DNA from: Octopus sinensis
Lineage: Eukaryota
Direction of reading: 5' to 3'
NCBI RefSeq assembly: GCF_006345805.1
Contig: NC_042997.1
Coordinates: forward strand, 167,524,001-167,588,000
DNA: 64,000 bases
The translations under genes and the position numbers were made by a program. Below are positions 12,700 through 25,199 of the stretch, piece by piece (position 1 is the stretch's first letter; every line of letters begins with the position of its first letter). A model generated the notes under the pieces. It was given only the letters and a program-made list of their open reading frames with translations. It did not search any database and was not told the origin of the DNA.

Positions 12700-13023
12700 A
12701 CATTGTGGTGACTTATGTGCCTCAGTGACCCTGAGAGAGAGATATGCCAGTAGGGCACAGCTCTTGGTGATGCCTCCCATGATGGACAGGTAAAAAGATT
12801 GTGGCCAGACTAATATAGGCCACATCTTTCCAGAGGTTAAAATGGGTTTGCATAGGGCTGACATCCCTACCTAGAAGAAAGCAAAGTTACAGAAGCATCA
12901 ATGACAATTCAAAATAAGACCAAGGAGAAGGTCTACCTACAAGGGAAACATCCTACATTCAAGAACAGTGGAGAAAAGTCAGCAAAGCTTATGCTCTATA
13001 GAGAGCAAACATGTTAAATAAGT
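12700..13023 (+). mobile_element. Dispersed retroposon with (AGTA)-like tail, copy 1 (RTE-related SINE or LINE 3' end suspected)
   Basis: Colinear similarity with 16255-16568, e.g. GCACAGCTCTT, GGTTTGCAT, CCTAGAA, TCAAGAAC, TATGCTC.ATAGAG; ends in TAAATAAGTAA. Confidence 0.55.
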
Positions 13024-13800
13024 AATACTGACCAACACATTATATCATCACAGTAGTATTGTATATTGACCCCAACACTCAAATACCTCTCTCCTATACT
13101 GACCACCATACTCTCTCAGTACTGTCCTATACTGACTGCCACACCATACTCACACAATTCTGACCTATATTGACTAGTTCACACTCTTGTTAATTCCACA
13201 GAACCTCCTTCACACACTATTTTTCTGAGTCCGTCTCTCTTTTATGCATAAGGTATTTTTGTTGTTATGTCTTGTTCCTGGAATTGAAAATCATATTCTC
13301 CAGAATGAAAGCTCATATATATGTTGTTAGGTCAATCTGAAATTTTCTAACAATATGCTCTGCTGGATCTGTAATGGGATATAGAATGAAAGTGATGCAT
13401 TCAAAGGCTGGTTGAATTGATGTACCACTTCTTCCTCTTTGCTTTCATTTAAAATCAGTATCAATGAGGAAACTTTAAGTAAGAGGTGACAGTTTTTGAG
13501 TTTTAACAGTATTTCTAATTTTTACATTTAGTTTATAGTCCAAATATAGACATGAGTACTGGTACAGCAATCACATTTGTGGCCACTGATGTATTGTAAG
13601 CAAAGAACTATGAAAACCAGGCACTTTTCTTATCTGAGTATTATATTCCCTGGTCACATGTTACTTGCAACGAGTTCCAACGTGGAAATATTTTCATCCA
13701 TCCCTTAGTAAAATTCCTTGCAAGATATCAGGAAATTTGTTAGATCATTGATAGAAATGTGGCTTGTAGTTATCCTTCATTTTGCAATACAGTAAAAGCA

Positions 13801-13806
13801 TTTATT
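13801..13806 (-). promoter_or_regulatory. Candidate AATAAA polyadenylation signal of the minus-strand gene
   Basis: AATAAA on the minus strand about 100 nt after the stop codon at 13902-13904. Confidence 0.35.
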
Positions 13807-13901
13807 TTGGCCAAACTTTAAGAATATCATAAACAAAGTCAAGGAGTTTCTTCATACCATTCATATTTTTAGCAAATATTTTCAGGCCATCTACAGAGTA
13901 G

Positions 13902-13986
13902 CTAAATATCAGGTGGCTGACACTTTTTTTCTAGTGACTCAGTTAAGTATTCTTTAGTTTCTTTAACAAAAATGAAAACAGGTTCC
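13902..13986 (-). CDS. Exon 5 (terminal coding exon) of unassigned 98-aa protein
   Basis: Acceptor TTATTGTTACAG; reads (G)EPVFIFVKETKEYLTESLEKKCQPPDI*; phase 2 matches exon 4. Confidence 0.6.
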
Positions 13987-14236
13987 CTGTAACAATAATC
14001 AACATCACACATATAAACCTATAATACTTTATCCAATCAGTAACAAAATAGTCACTTTCTGTATTCAACTCCAGCCAGATTGCACCCAAATACATCATAT
14101 GCTACTGAATTTCTGTTGATTAAAAGTTGCTCAACACATTCCCAAACTCCTTTCTTTCATAGAACACAATCCATATAAATAACAAACCTGAGGATAAAAT
14201 TATAGTAATTGACAATGATGTAGCTGGCACACTCAC

Positions 14237-14282
14237 CCATAGTATGAGAGAATACTAGTGGAATATTCCAATAAAAACCTCT
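14237..14282 (-). CDS. Exon 4 (46 nt) of unassigned protein
   Basis: Pyrimidine-rich acceptor ending CATTTTAG, donor GG|GTGAGT; reads (E)RFLLEYSTSILSYY. Confidence 0.62.
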
Positions 14283-15487
14283 CTAAAATGTAGACATAAT
14301 AGACCAGACATAATGATATAGGACAGAGAAGTGAAAGTATACACAAAAACAGAAATCTTTTATTCAGATATTAGTATCTCTAAAATTCTGCAGATGCGCC
14401 ACTAGGCTATGGTATTTTATTCATTCATGTAATTATTAGGATACCTGATTACTAGATACCTCAGTATTAATCTTGAGAAGCCTTTTGGGATGGATACAAA
14501 AGTATCATTCTGAGGTGGTGGATTAGTAGAACAGACTATAGATTCCTTGCAGTGTTTTTTCAGCTCTTTACATTCTGAGTTCAAATCCTGCAATGATCTA
14601 GTTGGCTGACAGACTTAATCTGTTGCTCATTTTAACAATAGCACCTGACACCCTGGATACCTTTAGCGGAGTACACTCTTTTGCAAATACTTTGGTAAAG
14701 TTTCCAATTAAGGATACATTTGTTCCTCCTTCCTACCAGTCTTGGAAACCCTGTTAGAAGGCCATGAAGCACTGCCTTCCCTCCTGACTACATGACTGGA
14801 ACAAGGGAGGCTATAGATACACATCAAGAGACACAACCTCTTCCTCCATCTTTTGCAGTCATCAACCAACCTTATGTTTCCCTCCTTTTCTCTCTTTGTC
14901 TGTTCTTTGATTTTGGCAAACCAAACACGAGGTGTCACAAAATTGTTTAACCTGACCACACCATACATGTAAATAAAAAAAAAGAACAATTAAAAGAAGA
15001 CTTTAATGAAACTCAAATTAGATTTAACTACAGTTTGCTGACCTCTGCTACCAACTTTAACCTACAATTACTGCCATATTATCTTCACACTTGTTGCCTT
15101 CTTTCTTTGATAAGTTTGTCTTAGAGAGAGATCAAAACCTATCATTATTTCATTCTTGTGAAAGCTCTGTGATTGGAATTGAACCAGGTTTCAAGTGCTT
15201 GGGTTCTGAGTTATGTGGTCTTGTGTTTACAAAGCTGTAGTTTTACGGGATTTTTGTTGGTTATTTGAGATATATATGTTTGTATGTGAGTACAGGCATT
15301 ACTGTGCTTTTAACAACTTTGCTTCCCAACCACGTGGTTCCAGGTACACTTGCACTGAACCACGTTTTCTACATGTACTACTGCCATAGACTTTTCATCA
15401 GTACAGGACATTGTACAACTTTTTTTCCGATGGAAGCTTTGGGGGTGAAATTTAGTAGATGGGAAATAAGTGACAGCCTGTCAGATA

Positions 15488-15488
15488 T

Positions 15489-15538
<50 letters not shown>

Positions 15539-15600
15539 TATAATCATCATCATCATCATCATCATTATAATCATTATCCTTATAATCATCATCCTTTTAA
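15488..15600. repeat. (CAT)n microsatellite
   Basis: Directly visible. Confidence 0.95.
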
Positions 15601-15937
15601 CATCCGTTTTCCATGCTTGCTTGAATCAGACAAAATTCTTTGAGACAAAGTTTTCTACTGCAATCACAGAACTACAATATCATTCTAAAGAATTAATGGT
15701 TACCTCATCAAACTCTCAAAGTTCCAAAATAGTGCATAATTAATTGTAAACAATGTGGATAAATAAGCATTACATTTGACAGAATAATATGAATGCTAAG
15801 GAGTTAAACATTGTAGATGAGCATTTTAAACATGAAACATTTGTTCAATTTTCATTGAGTTGGGGTGTCATTGGTGGCACTGCTAATTCATGAAGCAACT
15901 CTTAATCTTATATTACTCACTTGTCTTATGTTTCTTA

Positions 15938-16168
15938 TTTCTTAATTGCCCACAAGGGGCTAAACATAGAGGGGGCAAACAAGGACAGGCAAAGGGATTA
16001 AGTAGATTACATCGACTCCAGTGCATAACTAGTACTTAATTTATCAACCCCGAAAGGATGAAATGCAAAGTCGACTTCGGCAGAATTTGAACTCAGAGCA
16101 TAATGGCAGACAAAATACTGCTAAGCATTTCGCCAGGCGTGCTAACATTTCTGCCAGCTCACTTGTCT
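15938..16168 (-). mobile_element. Nin-type SINE
   Basis: Reverse complement of the 10027-10245 family. Confidence 0.82.
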
Positions 16169-16254
16169 TGTGTTTCTAATATATCGTTTAACCTTGGATG
16201 TACCATCACAAGATCCAGTCTTTGTTGCATTGTGTCAGTTTGTGTAGCAGGCTG

Positions 16255-16568
16255 TGTGTCTTAATGACGCTGAGTGCTATGCCAGCAAGCACAAGCTCTT
16301 AGTAGACCCTCCCATGCCCGATAAATCAAAGGATAGAGGCCAGGCTAATATGGACAACCTCTTCCTAAGGATGAAAATAGGTTTGCATTGGGCCAGCACC
16401 ACTACCTAGAAAAATGCAATGCTGCAGATGCACCAATGTCAATTCAAAACCAAAATGATCCGAGAGAAGATACCCCAGTATCAAGAACTGGAGAGAAAAG
16501 TCATCAATAGAAAAGTCCTATGCTCCATAGAGTGAGGGGGGGGGCAAGAGGTTTAAGTAAAGTAAGTA
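16255..16568 (+). mobile_element. Dispersed retroposon with (AGTA)n tail, copy 2
   Basis: Similar to 12700-13023; ends TAAGTAAAGTAAGTAA. Confidence 0.55.
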
Positions 16569-16727
16569 ATCTTGGATGAAGGGTCTGAACTCTAACATAA
16601 TTCTTTCAAAGTTCCATCTTCAAGATATTATCTCCCTAAGTTTCATATCATAAAATTACAATGTGACTCTACATGATTGCTTGACTTCGAAGAAATAGAT
16701 GTCTAATTCCCTCAAATTGCATTTTAC

Positions 16728-16765
16728 CTTCTGCCAAGAGGAGCAACACATTGGACACTGTTGAC
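16728..16765 (-). CDS. Exon 3 (38 nt) of unassigned protein
   Basis: Acceptor TCTTTATATATACAG, donor AAG|GTAAAA; reads (M)[12 protein letters not shown]. Confidence 0.62.
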
Positions 16766-16859
16766 CTGTATATATAAAGACAGACAGACAGATAGATAGA
16801 TAAATGTACATATGTGTATGCATGTATATATAAATGTGTGTGTGTGTGTGTGTATATAC

Positions 16860-16894
<35 letters not shown>

Positions 16895-16904
16895 TATATA
16901 TATT

Positions 16905-17090
16905 GTGTACCGTTGGCGATTTTTTTCCTCTGTCTTCCCTTCTCTGGATCTTTCCTTCTCCTATGTTTCTGACGAAGAGCTCCGCTTGAAACGTTAAACC
17001 CTCCTTCTTTCCTGAGCGTCCAATAATACTATATTTGTTCCACGTCCTCGCGTTGTTGTGTTTTTTTGTGCTTTCTTGTTTGGATTAACA
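16905..17090 (+). mobile_element. Penelope pLTR-like module carrying a hammerhead
   Basis: Same family as 42713-42890 (shared CCTCGCGTTGTTGTGTTTT and hammerhead). Confidence 0.6.
16965..16999 (+). ncRNA. Minimal type I hammerhead ribozyme
   Basis: Stem I GTTT/AAAC, core CTGACGA, stem II (A)GAGC-TCC-GCTT, GAAA, palindromic loop-less stem III AACGTT. Confidence 0.7.
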
Positions 17091-17940
17091 ATATATATAT
17101 ACACATACACAAACATATGCCAAAAAAATAATCAGTTGGCCATAGCTGGATTACCATTTATTTTAATCCAGTGCTGACAACAACAGCAGCAGTAGTAACA
17201 ATTTGCTCTTCAGAGAGGATTTGAACCTGTTTGCCATCATTTCAGATGTAAGTGGTGTACATGGCTGAGTCATGAGAAAGCTCTTCATAAGGAAACAAAC
17301 AGTGAAGTTAGCAAGGATTACAGCTTGAGAATATTTGCTTAATCACTCAATTATCTGTGTCACCTTGTTTTCTAAAACGTGTCATCATACCTTTAGTTTC
17401 TTCTTATAAATTGGACTATATTTTTCTTTTATTTTTTTTTTCTTTCCAACCATCCAAATAAGCAACCAACTAAACAAGCCAACCACCCAACAAGCCAGCC
17501 AGCCAGCCTACCTGCCTACCAGCTTACCAGCCTACTTGCAAACCACAGTATTTTGTTTTATTATCTTGTATTTTTAAATTAGTCTTTGCCATTGTTGTTT
17601 AGACCCAGCTATTCCTGTTGAAGAAACCCCTACGCAAAGGCTTTCTAGCAAATTGTCAGATATGAACTATCTAAGACAGCATTATACAATGAGCTCTTCT
17701 GCTTTTATGGTGGTAGAGTATGATTTATTAGGTGTTTAGTTGGTATTTCTAACAGGCTGAATAACCACAAAGAGGCTTTCTTTGTTGGCTGGTCTAATTT
17801 ATGTTTTAGTAAACAACATGTATATATTGAGAACAAAATGCTAAGATCTTGTTTTTTTTATGATGTTTTACTGAAATCATGGTGTATTATTTCATGGCCA
17901 GCCTTCAAAACAACCAGTTTACCAAGCCTTATGTACTCAC

Positions 17941-17961
17941 ATGTTATAAAAGAGAATTGGC
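17941..17961 (-). CDS. Exon 2, 21-nt frame-preserving microexon of unassigned protein
   Basis: Acceptor TATTATTCTGCAG, donor AT|GTGAGT; reads (Q)PILFYN; phase 2 on both sides. Confidence 0.62.
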
Positions 17962-18104
17962 CTGCAGAATAATACATGGTACCAGAGTTAAAAAACAACT
18001 TTCTATTATTAGGTTACAGAGTCAAATTAAGACAGGAGGTCAGCTTGCACACACACATACGTACATATGTTCATTCATTCATACATACATCTATGCATAC
18101 ATAT

Positions 18105-18270
18105 GTACAAGGGGGTGCTGAAAAGTTCCTGGCTTTGGCTAAAAGAAAATACAAAAGAATCTATTAATTATGATTTTTATTCAGCATATTCTCCTCTCAG
18201 ATTTACACACTTATTGCAGCAGTCCTTCAGTTTTTCTAAGCCCCGTGAAAGAACTTAGAGGGTTGGGCCT
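18105..18270 (+). mobile_element. Mariner-type terminal remnant
   Basis: TA|CAAGGGGGTGCTGAAAAGTTCCTGGC resembles a mariner TIR. Confidence 0.55.
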
Positions 18271-18390
18271 CCAGCCAGGGATTAAGTTGATTACATCAAC
18301 CCCAGTGTGTAACTGGTACTTATTTAATTGACCCTGAAAGGATGAAAGACAAAGTCAACCCTGGCGGAATTTGAACTCAATACATATATG

Positions 18391-18426
<36 letters not shown>

Positions 18427-18627
18427 TGTATGTATGTATGTATGTATGTATGTATGTATGTATGCATGTATAGATAAATAGATAGATAGATAGATGGATG
18501 GATGGATACACACACACACATATATATAAGGGTTATCCATAGATAAGACATAGGGTGTGGTTTGAGGGAGATTTGGCTGTTGTTTCTAATGGGATTGGCC
18601 ACCAAGCATAGGTCTCCCTCATTGCTT

Positions 18628-18669
<42 letters not shown>

Positions 18670-18670
<1 letters not shown>

Positions 18671-19090
18671 TACCTTGGATCATAGAGCGACCTGCTGTGC
18701 TTGAGGAGACCTATTGAGTCAAGTACATCAACATTAAAAAATCAAATGGAAATTGTAGTTGAAATAACTGTGCCGATGGCACGTAAAAAGCACCATCCGA
18801 ATGTGGCCGATGCTAGTGCCACCTTGACTGGCTTCCATGCCGGTGGCACGTAAAAAGCACCAACCAATCGTGGCCATTGCCAGGCTCCCCTGGCACCTGT
18901 GCCGATGGCATATAAAAAACACCCACTACACTCACGGAGTGGTTGGCGTTAGGAAGGGCATCCAGCTGTAGAAACACTGCCAGATCAAGACTGGAGCCTG
19001 GTGCAGCCTCTTGGCTTCCCAGACCCCGGTTGAACTGTCCAACCCATGCTAGCTTGGAAAACAGACGTTAAATGATGATGATGATGATGA
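18670..19090 (+). mobile_element. 5'-truncated RTE LINE 3' end (tandem repeats, GGAAGGGCATCCAGC block, (GAT)n tail)
   Basis: Reverse complement of the 3' UTR of the LINE at 53545-54030. Confidence 0.85.
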
Positions 19091-19149
19091 TATATATATA
19101 TATATATATAATCGATAATAAAACAAATGGTTTGCACCTGGTAGCTTAC

Positions 19150-19256
19150 TGGTAAGGCATGGTCACTTTCACAGTGACAGTCACATATATTGATGCTAGA
19201 TGTGTCGAAACAATTGCCGTGATTAATAATAAATTCTTGTATATTCCATCTTCCAT
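19150..19256 (-). CDS. Exon 1 (first coding exon) of unassigned protein, hydrophobic N-terminus
   Basis: AAAGATGG Kozak context with an in-frame TAA just upstream; reads MEDGIYKNLLLITAIVSTHLASIYVTVTVKVTMPY; donor CA|GTAAGC. Confidence 0.58.
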
Positions 19257-19887
19257 CTTTTATTTGCCATATATATATATATATATTATATATATATATC
19301 CTGTGTTCTCCTGCTATTAGAATAAATACATTATATTCCCCCACATGATAAGAGGGATGACCAACCCTTTTAGAAGCTGTAAAGCATATGTTGGACTATC
19401 CTGCATTGAAAATATATACCTCTCCCTCTGAAGTGATCATCTATTCATAACTCCCATTTTCTCACAGTAATTCTGCTGACACAAAGGTTGAATGACTTGT
19501 CATTTTTAACTGTCTGTACCAGTTAGCCTCCTTATTAATTCACTTATTTATGTCCCTGTTCAACACATTACCTCTTCAAGCATTCTTCACACCCTCCTCC
19601 TGTCTGATCCTTTCTCATGTCATTTACAAAATCGAAGTCAATAAGACAGGTGGTTCATATGCAAATGTACTTGTTAAATATACAGCCTACAACACTTAGA
19701 GCAACTTCTTTAACACCTGCCATCACCACTAAAGAATTATTCATTTACCATTGTAATACATAGAAGAGAACCATCATCATCATTTTATGCCAAATTTTTC
19801 CATGCTGGAATGGGTTGAAGAGGTCATCATAAGTTGCACATGCAGCAGCAGTAAAATCTGGCTATATAGCTATATGTGTATGTCTTT

Positions 19888-19921
<34 letters not shown>

Positions 19922-21193
19922 CAGCAGTACCTCTCTGGTTTTACAAACCCTTCATACACAAACTAACACTATACCTACAAAGCTAATAACAACTGGTAAA
20001 TCCACATCTTCACATCCATTTTAATAATCTTTGTTTTCCAAAGTGAAAAAGCATGGAAATTAAAGACACACAAGCACTTGTATATATACATGTATCATCT
20101 CCTAATATAATAATGAATGTTGTGTTTATATATATTTGTATATTTATATATATATATTTGTCCAAAATTATGCAGGTTGCAGAGGAGGAGAGAAAATAGT
20201 AATTCAGTGAAGGAGAAGTAGTGAGAGTAATAGCCCTGATTGAGAGGGAGTGAGAGAAAGTAATAGCAATGAGAGAAAGGAATAAGGAAGGAAGGAGGTG
20301 AAAAAAAACAGTGTTTCAAATCTGTGTGAGTATGTGTGTGCATGTACAAGGGAAATATGTGAATGTATGTGTGATTATTATGTACCTTATTTTTACCTTA
20401 TTTATTTATAAAATACTACAATTAGCCATCATTATTGATGGCACGTGGTTAGCTAGTGTAAATTATACTCTTTTAACTCTATACATAACCCATGCAAATT
20501 GAAATGACCATGTTAAAGCTGAGATCAAGTACTTTAGGAAGATCATTATTGATATAACTACCTTTCTGCTCTACTTCACTCCACCTCTGCCACCACCATC
20601 ACAACACTACCACTATCGTTACCATCACCACCGACACCACCACCATCACCACCAAAACCAACACCATCTCCAACACCACCACCACCACCACTGTTGTTAG
20701 CACTACAGTCACCACCACAATGTAGAAGCTTTATAAGTTTTTCCATATTTTATGCCAGCTATGCTTTGTTGATGGCTAAGCAAGTATGATTGTATTTATA
20801 TACATTCAAGTTTGTGTGTGTGTGTGTATTATAAATATATGCAATATGTCTATATGAATGTGTTATGTATGATGTATGAGAGGAATAATTATTTTAGCTA
20901 GACATATTGTATTGGATATCTTGCCAGAAGTTTAAAGTATTTTCTGCTCCAATAGTCAGTTCTTACAAATTCCACTAAACCAGCTATATAAACAGTCTCA
21001 ATCCATAGGTATTGTTACTATATAATTATTATTATTAAATATGTGAATGTGAATCTACACACAGGTAGAATAATCCTTTTCTGAATAAAGGAGACATTGT
21101 TCCAGCACATATGTCTCGTTTCCATACTGTTAAGTAGATAAAAGACAAGTATTGCCCTATATAACACCATAAGTAAGAATTGAACTTGACAAC

Positions 21194-21770
21194 ATCATCA
21201 TCATCATCATTGTTTAACGTCCGCTTTCCATGCTAGCATGGGTTGGACGATTTGACTGAGGGCTGGCGAACCAGATGTCTGCACCAGGCTTCAATCTTGA
21301 TCTGGCAGAGTTTCTACAGCTGGATGCCCTTCCCAACGCCAACCACTCTGAGAGTGTAGTGGGTACTTTTACGTGTCACTAGCATGGGGCCAGTCAGGCA
21401 GTACTGGCAACGACCTCGCTCGAATCTTTTACACATGCCATTGGCACAGGTGCCAGTAAGGCGATGCTGGTAACGATCACACTCGAATGGTGTCTTTTAC
21501 ATGCCACCGGCATGGAGGCCAGATAGCCACTCTGGCAACGATCACACTCGGATGGTGCTCTTAATACCCTACTAGCACGGGGCTCAAGTGCCAGTAAGGC
21601 GATGCTGGTAACAATCACACTCAAATGGTGCCTTTTAAGTGCCACTGTTACGGAAGCCGGTTAGCAGCTCTGTCAATGATCACACTCATATGGTGCTCTT
21701 TGCACCCCACTAGCACGGACGCCAGTCATCGAATTCGATTTTGATTTTGATTTCACAACATGAAAATTAA
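21194..21770 (-). mobile_element. RTE LINE 3' UTR copy with ~60-bp tandem repeats
   Basis: (CAT)n tail, GCTGGATGCCCTTCC block, repeated GCCAGTAAGGCGATGCTGGTAAC.ATCACACTC units. Confidence 0.85.
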
Positions 21771-22164
21771 TGAAATTTTCAACAGTATTACTACCTATCA
21801 CATTCTTGTGATATCTGCTTACAGAATGATGTGCTTTTGAGCCTTTCAATGCCACTACCTGGTCCTTGGATATTTTCAGTAGAGTCCGCTTTGTTGAAAA
21901 CATTCAAATTAGGTTTGGTTTGTGGAAAGTGGACCTTTGAATTGTGTCACTGCAGTAAACCATGAGCCCTTCCTTTTCACTATCAATTTTGGAGATCCTC
22001 AATTGGTCATGGGTACTGCTCTTCTCTTTCGGTGAAGCTACAAAATCCAAATATCTTAGTTACAGAAACAATGCATTGCAAAGAGAGGATGTATCTACCA
22101 GCCTCACAACTAGGTATTGCTGTTGTTATTGTAGATTAGTGAAGGTGCATAGCTAATGAATCAC

Positions 22165-22346
22165 TGGTCCCAAGCTGTATCAGCATTTGCCTTACACTTG
22201 GATAACATCAATGGCATGGAGAGGGGAAACTGGTATGCATGGGCAACTGCTGGTCTTCCATAAACAACCTTGCCCAGACCTGTGCCTCTGAGAGGAACTT
22301 TCTAGGTGCAATCCCATGGTTATTCATGACCGAAGGGGGTCTCTTA
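22165..22346 (+). mobile_element. 3' half of the SINE family at 10686-11030
   Basis: Reverse-complement similarity to 10686-10870. Confidence 0.65.
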
Positions 22347-22969
22347 CTGTAGATTAAACAGAATTATGCTCAAAAGCATTTCAAATGTATCCATTGTGAC
22401 TATTCTATATTTTTCCAGCCTAATTGACAACAATATTCAATATGTCCTTCTTTTCTTTAAAGACAGCAGGCTGTAATTTGTGAGAGATTTTGTCAGAGCT
22501 GTCTTAAGAAATGGGCACACAAAGAAGTCCTTAGAGGCCCCAAGAGCCAAGGTGTCTTATACTAATCTATGTATGCTGTGGTTTAGGTTCCAGAACATTG
22601 CTTTGCCTGGAGGCCTATAATGTTAAGACAATCCAGGAGTTTGTTACAATTTCTAGTAGATTAGGCAGCCATGTGTGTGCCTTTGCATTGGCTTATCTCA
22701 CAAGTGGCTTTCTTGTACACCTTTGACTTAGCCAACAAGTATCTCTGTGAGTTAACAAAACATCAAGCTTAAAGTATTGCCAAATTTATACAATGTCACA
22801 TTTATGCAGTGACACATTTGCACAGAGCAAATTAGGTGACCTGGGCATTGATAGCGAAATATTTGCATATCAGACTGCACTCAGATTCATGAGAGGCTAT
22901 GAAATGATGAAGAGGAAATCATGCCACCAGCCTATTAATGTTTTATATCCGTTTATACATTATTTGTAT

Positions 22970-23450
22970 TTGTGAGTGTGCAGGCATATGTTTATTTCGC
23001 TCATGTGCCTGTCTGTGTGTGCCTTCATGCGTGCATATGTGTATCTCCTTGCGTGCGTGCATGCATGTGCCTCCTAGTGTGTGTGTGCATGTGTGTGTAT
23101 GTGTGTGTGCATGTGTGTGTGTGTGTATGTGTGTGCATATGTGTGTGTGCATATGTGTGTGTGCATGTGCCTCCTAGTGTGCGTGCGCGCATGAGCGTGC
23201 ATGCATATGTGTATGTGTGTGTGTATGTATGCATGTGTGTGGGTGTACATATATATCTTTGTAACTGTATATGCATGTTTTGGGTATACGTGTGTATGTT
23301 TGTGTGTATGTATGTACATGTGGGTGTATGTGTGCATGTGTATTTATGTATATATCCATATGTTTACTGATGGGCATGCATGTGGGTATGGTTTTATATG
23401 TATATGTGCGTGTGTACATGTATATTCATGTGTATGTGTCCATGTGTGTG
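22970..23450. repeat. Cryptic TG/CA microsatellite
   Basis: Directly visible; contains a duplicated CATGTGCCTCCTAGTGTG. Confidence 0.9.
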
Positions 23451-23749
23451 GTTTCTACAGCTTGATGACCTTTCCTATACCAGACACTAATGCTGACCCA
23501 TGCAATCATAGAAAAGCAGACATTTAAATGATGATGAAAATCTCCAGGTTAGAGTTTTTTTCCTATTTCCAATATCCATCCTATTATTTTGTAGGCCATT
23601 AGATTTCCTAGTGAGGTCCCATCATGTTACATAATGTACCAAATGCATAGGGAACCAGTGGAGATATCTAGTTCTGGACCCAATAACACAAGCGGGGCTA
23701 GTATTAGCAAAAATCTTTGTAGCAGCAGTGGAAATAAAACCTACCCATT

Positions 23750-24150
23750 CAATTACCAATGTTTAAAGGAAAATATAGTGTACAGGTGTAGGGTTACATC
23801 AGGTTGAATGACACACTTTTATATTTGAACGTGCTTGACAAATTTCAAGGCAAGATTAGCAAATCCTTTAACTTCATTTAGAGATGTGGAAGAAAATGAT
23901 TAGCACAAGTGTATGTTTATCACATCCCTTAAGGATAAGAGCACTGACTTTAATATAGAATGGGAAATAATAGGCATAGCTGAACCTTTTATAATTGGGG
24001 GGAAAATATGCAATTTATCCATAGTAGAAATAGTCTATATTTTCATATCCAAACACCAGCTGCTTAACAGTAGGCAAGAACAAGGCCTGAGATGCTCACA
24101 CCTTTACAAAAAGGCATTTGAATACTTGCATAGAAAAGATTTTTAGTTAA
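23750..24150 (+). mobile_element. Penelope-like GIY-YIG endonuclease remnant
   Basis: CLKENIVYRC, then FNIEWEII..GGKICNL..LLNSRQE..CSH, matching the Penelope C-terminus seen at 41571-41795. Confidence 0.7.
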
Positions 24151-24647
24151 GTAAGCATCACAAAAAGTGAGATGTGCCTGAGTTTATATGATAATTGTCA
24201 ATGTAGTATCTGCTTCACCTAGTAATTAATATTCTTCATACGTTAAGCTACATGTTTGAAAAGTCCTGCAACACATACAATGAAGAAACTACATTTAAAT
24301 TAAAACTTGATTTATAAAAAGAAATATTCAGGATGACCGCATAAAGTACGTTCTACATATTTTAATTTCATATAAAGTAGTGACCAATAACCGTATGCAA
24401 TATTGAAATTCACTAATTTCCATTCCACTGAATGTTCGTGTTTCTTAAAATAATACATTCTGACCTAATTAAAGCACTACTATTTTTACTTGGAAATTCA
24501 AACCTGGGGTCAGCAGAAAGTCAACATTATAACAGTCTTTATAGCCATATTAGATTTCCAAACTTTCTTCTCATATTCTTTGCACTCAAAAACTAGTCCC
24601 ATAGTAAATACATGTCTAGCCAAAACTACGTAAACTTAGTTAGCTTC

Positions 24648-24915
24648 ATCATCATCATCATCATCATCATCGTTTAATGTCCGTTTTCCGTGCTAGCATG
24701 TGTTGGGTGGTTCGACCAGGGTCTGGGAAGCCAGGAGGCTGCACCAGGCTCCAGTCTGATCTGGCAATGTTTCTACAGCTGGATGCCCTTCCTAACGCCA
24801 ACCACTCCGTCAGTGTAGCGGGTGCTTTTTACATGTCACCAGCACAGAAGCCAGTCAAGGCAGCGCTGGCATTGGCCACATTCGAATGATGCTTTTTACG
24901 TGCCACCGGCACAGG
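24648..24915 (-). mobile_element. RTE LINE 3' end
   Basis: Near-identical to 53545-53830. Confidence 0.88.
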
Positions 24916-25153
24916 TATCACAACTTCAACCTATGTTAATGGGTGGACCTTGAATAAAGATGCATAAACTAATCACTAGTTGAAAAAAACTGGATGCAAG
25001 TGCAATTGCAAGATGTCTATGCAAAAAAACGTGTGTTGGTCCAAATTAAAATCAAATATGCTGAAATTCACTGCAGAAATAATAAAAAAGAATATACTGA
25101 TGTACTAATCTCCATATTCATTGTTTCTGTATTTGATGTGTGTGTGTGTGTAA

Positions 25154-25199
<46 letters not shown>

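Noticed and set aside
14120-14187. Alternative terminal exon (GLLFIWIVFYERKEFGNVLSNF*) after exon 4 in another frame
   Set aside because: Needs a 49-nt intron and a frame incompatible with exon 3.
14708-14989. 93-aa minus-strand ORF in intron 3
   Set aside because: No recognisable motif and no donor before the stop; probably decayed repeat.
15091-15119. 29-nt candidate exon between exons 3 and 4 (acceptor CTCTCTCTAAG)
   Set aside because: The donor GTGTGA is poor and inclusion shifts the downstream frame. It is not needed for the open model and is at most a minor alternative.
18985-19344. 119-aa ORF from the track (..WNIQEFIINHGNCFD..) overlapping exon 1
   Set aside because: It starts across a TA microsatellite, and its phase-0 junction would hit TAA in the 21-nt exon. 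The other frame (MEDG..) fits better.
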